NCBI GenBank assembly: GCA_002269645.1
Contig: NIVC01000105.1
Span: 349,992-413,991, forward strand
Direction: 5' to 3'
DNA from: Macrostomum lignano
Taxonomy: Eukaryota
Length of the DNA stretch: 64,000 nucleotides
Made by a program: the position numbers and the translations under genes. The notes under the pieces were generated by a model. The model was not told the origin of the DNA. It did no database searches and saw nothing but the letters and a program-made list of their open reading frames with translations. Positions 61,664 through 64,000 of this stretch are shown here, piece by piece; positions within the stretch are counted from its first letter, which is position 1, and the number at the start of each line of letters is the position of its first letter.

Positions 61664-63769
61664 TCACTTTTTCAGGTGAGCCAGCATGTGCTGCGAGTAG
61701 GATTCGAACACGCAGTCGTCGAACATCTTGTTCTCGTCGTAGTTGATTTGCACCTTGTTGAGGCCCTCGAAGTACAGCGGGAACACGGTACTGTAGCGGG
61801 CGTCGATCTCCATGTGCTTGTACTCGTACACGTGCTTGCGCTCCTCGTCCTGCTTCTTCGTGGTCTCGGAGGCGGGCTGCTCGGCGTTCTCATCCGCCGC
61901 GCTGATCTCCGTCATGTCGTCGTAGTTTCTGATGAACATCGTTATGCCACCGGCCGCTCCCACGGCGCTGGCACCGGACATGGCCTCGCCGGTGGCCGGG
62001 CCTTCCATCTTCATGCTCACCCGACGCTTCTTAGTGATGATGAATTCGGTGATGTCGTCCAGATTCTTTGGCACAACAATCGCGTCCATTTGATTTGGGG
62101 TCAGCTTCCAGAACGACATGGTGAACATTCTGGTGATTTGGCTGATCTCGAAGTTGCTAACCAAAGTGATGGGAGCCTTCTTGAGCAGGCGCATGACGGT
62201 CTTGGACATGAGGTTCGGCACGCAGTTGATCACGCTGGTCAAGCCAAAGTAGGTGTCATAGTAGGAGTAGCGGAAGAATGGTTCGATGAGCTCGGAGTCA
62301 ACCATGATGAAAACAATGAGGTCGCAGAGGGCTTCAATAATGACGCTGGACATGTTCTTGATGAGGCAGTTCTGGAGCAGACCGGTGAGCAGGCTGAGGC
62401 AGTTGATGGTGTCGAAGCGGTAGACCCAGGCTCGCTCCTCTTCCGTGATGCCGTCGCTTTCTGCGCTGGTGGCGTGGCTGGACCACTGCTTGTGTCGCAG
62501 GTACATACCGTCCGACTTCAGATTGAGGAAGTAGTTCAGCTGGAAGATGATGGGATCGATGTACAGCCGGTGCATGCCAGTCGAGTCGGTCTCCGCCGAG
62601 CTCTTCACCGTCTGTGAGATGACGAAGAAGTCGTGCTGCTTGAAACAGAGAACGGCTCTGAGAATCTGCGGTAGCGCGAACAGATGCTTGCCATCAAAGT
62701 AGTACTGATAGGTGAGCAGCCGGCGCACGTACGACATGATATTCGGCACCACGGGTCGGACGGGGTTCTTCGGCTTGCCATCCTTGTCGGAGAACACTGT
62801 AGCGTACTCATCCGGCACCGGCACGTCTTTGTTTTTCAGTACCTTCCGACCGGCATAGTTACCCAGCTTGGTAGGGTTGTTGAAATTGTGTCTGGTCAGC
62901 TCTTTTAGCTCGAATGATTCCATCATCACTTTGCCGACCTCTTTGAGCAGGCCCATGTTGAAGTTGTAGGCCTGGCTGACAACGTACTGCAGGTTGAACA
63001 TCTTCTCTACAAGACCAGCCACGTTGATGGACGGCCTGCGCTCAAGTACGTAGCGCAGCACATCGATCCAGTCGGTGAAGGGCACGCCGAACTGGTAGTA
63101 CTTGCGCCGGTAAGTCAGCAGGGTCGTGTTGGACGGGTTCCAACCGGCCAGAGCCAGATAGTGCAGGCCCTGATAGTACTCGCGCTTGATGCAGAGGAAG
63201 TCAAACTGGAAGCGCACCAAGTCGTACTCGCTGTCGTGCACAAACGAGGCAAACTGCGGAGCGGTCACGTTAACTAGATAGTTCTTGCCCGACTTTGCCG
63301 AGGCGAGTTTCAAACAGCCAGTCTCGGCTTTCAGGTACAGCGCGACGCCGAACGAGTTCAGGTAGAGCATCGCCTTGTTGTTGAACACCGGCTTGTCCAT
63401 GGAGGCGGCCTCGCCCCAGTAGTAGCTCGGCCGGTCGATCACCTGATAGTATTTGTTGCTCTCGAACAGCGGCCTGGTCCGAAGCGACAGCAGCGCCTTC
63501 TGAAGCCGCCACTCCGAAGTGTCCTTCAACAGGTTGATGAGCCAAGACGTGTTGGGATGGTCGATGCCGAAGAAGCCTTCAGGACAGCTGATCATGTCCC
63601 GGAGCGAGTGTCCAACGTCGGCAGACTGCACTTGCTCGGTGCGCGGCATGTCAAAGAAAATCGGCGGTTGCAGCGTCTCCTGCCTGGCGATGAAGTCGGC
63701 TATGACAACCTGCTTCTGCACCGAGAGCTGCTCCATCACCTCCTCACCTTTGGCGCTGGACTTTGCCAT
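61664..63769 (-). CDS. Intronless 701-aa protein of unknown family
   Basis: Uninterrupted 2106-nt ORF with strong C/G third-position bias and an ACAATG start. There is an in-frame stop upstream, an acceptor-like TTTTGCTTGTTTAG about 70 nt upstream, and AATAAA about 345 nt after the stop (61315-61320). No motif recognised. Confidence 0.85.
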   Translation of the reverse strand: MAKSSAKGEEVMEQLSVQKQVVIADFIARQETLQPPIFFDMPRTEQVQSADVGHSLRDMISCPEGFFGIDHPNTSWLINLLKDTSEWRLQKALLSLRTRPLFESNKYYQVIDRPSYYWGEAASMDKPVFNNKAMLYLNSFGVALYLKAETGCLKLASAKSGKNYLVNVTAPQFASFVHDSEYDLVRFQFDFLCIKREYYQGLHYLALAGWNPSNTTLLTYRRKYYQFGVPFTDWIDVLRYVLERRPSINVAGLVEKMFNLQYVVSQAYNFNMGLLKEVGKVMMESFELKELTRHNFNNPTKLGNYAGRKVLKNKDVPVPDEYATVFSDKDGKPKNPVRPVVPNIMSYVRRLLTYQYYFDGKHLFALPQILRAVLCFKQHDFFVISQTVKSSAETDSTGMHRLYIDPIIFQLNYFLNLKSDGMYLRHKQWSSHATSAESDGITEEERAWVYRFDTINCLSLLTGLLQNCLIKNMSSVIIEALCDLIVFIMVDSELIEPFFRYSYYDTYFGLTSVINCVPNLMSKTVMRLLKKAPITLVSNFEISQITRMFTMSFWKLTPNQMDAIVVPKNLDDITEFIITKKRRVSMKMEGPATGEAMSGASAVGAAGGITMFIRNYDDMTEISAADENAEQPASETTKKQDEERKHVYEYKHMEIDARYSTVFPLYFEGLNKVQINYDENKMFDDCVFESYSQHMLAHLKK

Positions 63770-64000
63770 TGTCTGTTTGTTCCTGTTTTTAGTTCAGAAC
63801 TTGTAAAACTTCTGCGCGAAGTTTAACAACTCGATGTTGTCTAAACAAGCAAAAATTCGATCTGGGTATTTTCTGCTAAGAGGCGTTCAACATCGACTGT
63901 ATGAGTGAAATAACAGACACCAGAGTCAGTCCATAGACATAACTTCAGTTTAATAACTGCTAGCTAAGGTTTTACGATTCTCAAGACTTTTACTAGCCTA

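Noticed and set aside
61672-63826. Antisense and alternate-frame ORFs over the 701-aa gene and over the gag-pol regions
   Set aside because: Expected shadows of GC3-biased coding sequence.

Overview
Eukaryotic (animal) genomic DNA with spliceosomal GT-AG genes whose introns are often filled by short-unit minisatellites. The style fits a free-living flatworm such as Macrostomum, but that is an inference, not a lookup. Left to right: (1) a 5'-truncated duplicate of the last three exons of an AMP deaminase gene (minus, 3273-7354); (2) a decayed Ty3/Gypsy (Mag-like) LTR retrotransposon (plus, 7712-12097) whose 3' LTR is cut and fused to a SINE; (3) a frameshifted TPR-like / tandem C3H1 zinc-finger (ZC3H7-like) gene (minus, about 15833-20916); (4) a second Mag-like LTR element with identical 200-bp LTRs and an AGTCT target duplication (minus, 21685-26724); (5) a complete six-exon AMP deaminase gene (minus, 30751-38223, 857 aa); (6) a complete seven-exon Tudor-SN/SND1 gene (minus, 40814-49516, 953 aa); (7) a five-exon secreted protein with four divergent F-type-lectin-like domains, one per phase-1 exon (plus, 50895-56377, 605 aa); (8) an intronless secreted PAN-like + LamG protein (56990-58048); (9) a foldback MITE with an 8-bp TSD; (10) a 701-aa intronless ORF with no family I can recognise (minus, 61664-63769). 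Four copies or fragments of a tRNA-derived CORE-type SINE and about 20 tandem arrays are also present. I see no clearly new multi-gene system. The strongest novelty candidates are the orphan 701-aa protein, the four-domain lectin-like gene, the mosaic AMPD duplicate and a nearly CpG-free intron segment. Exon coordinates were derived by hand and checked for frame consistency; repeat boundaries are approximate.
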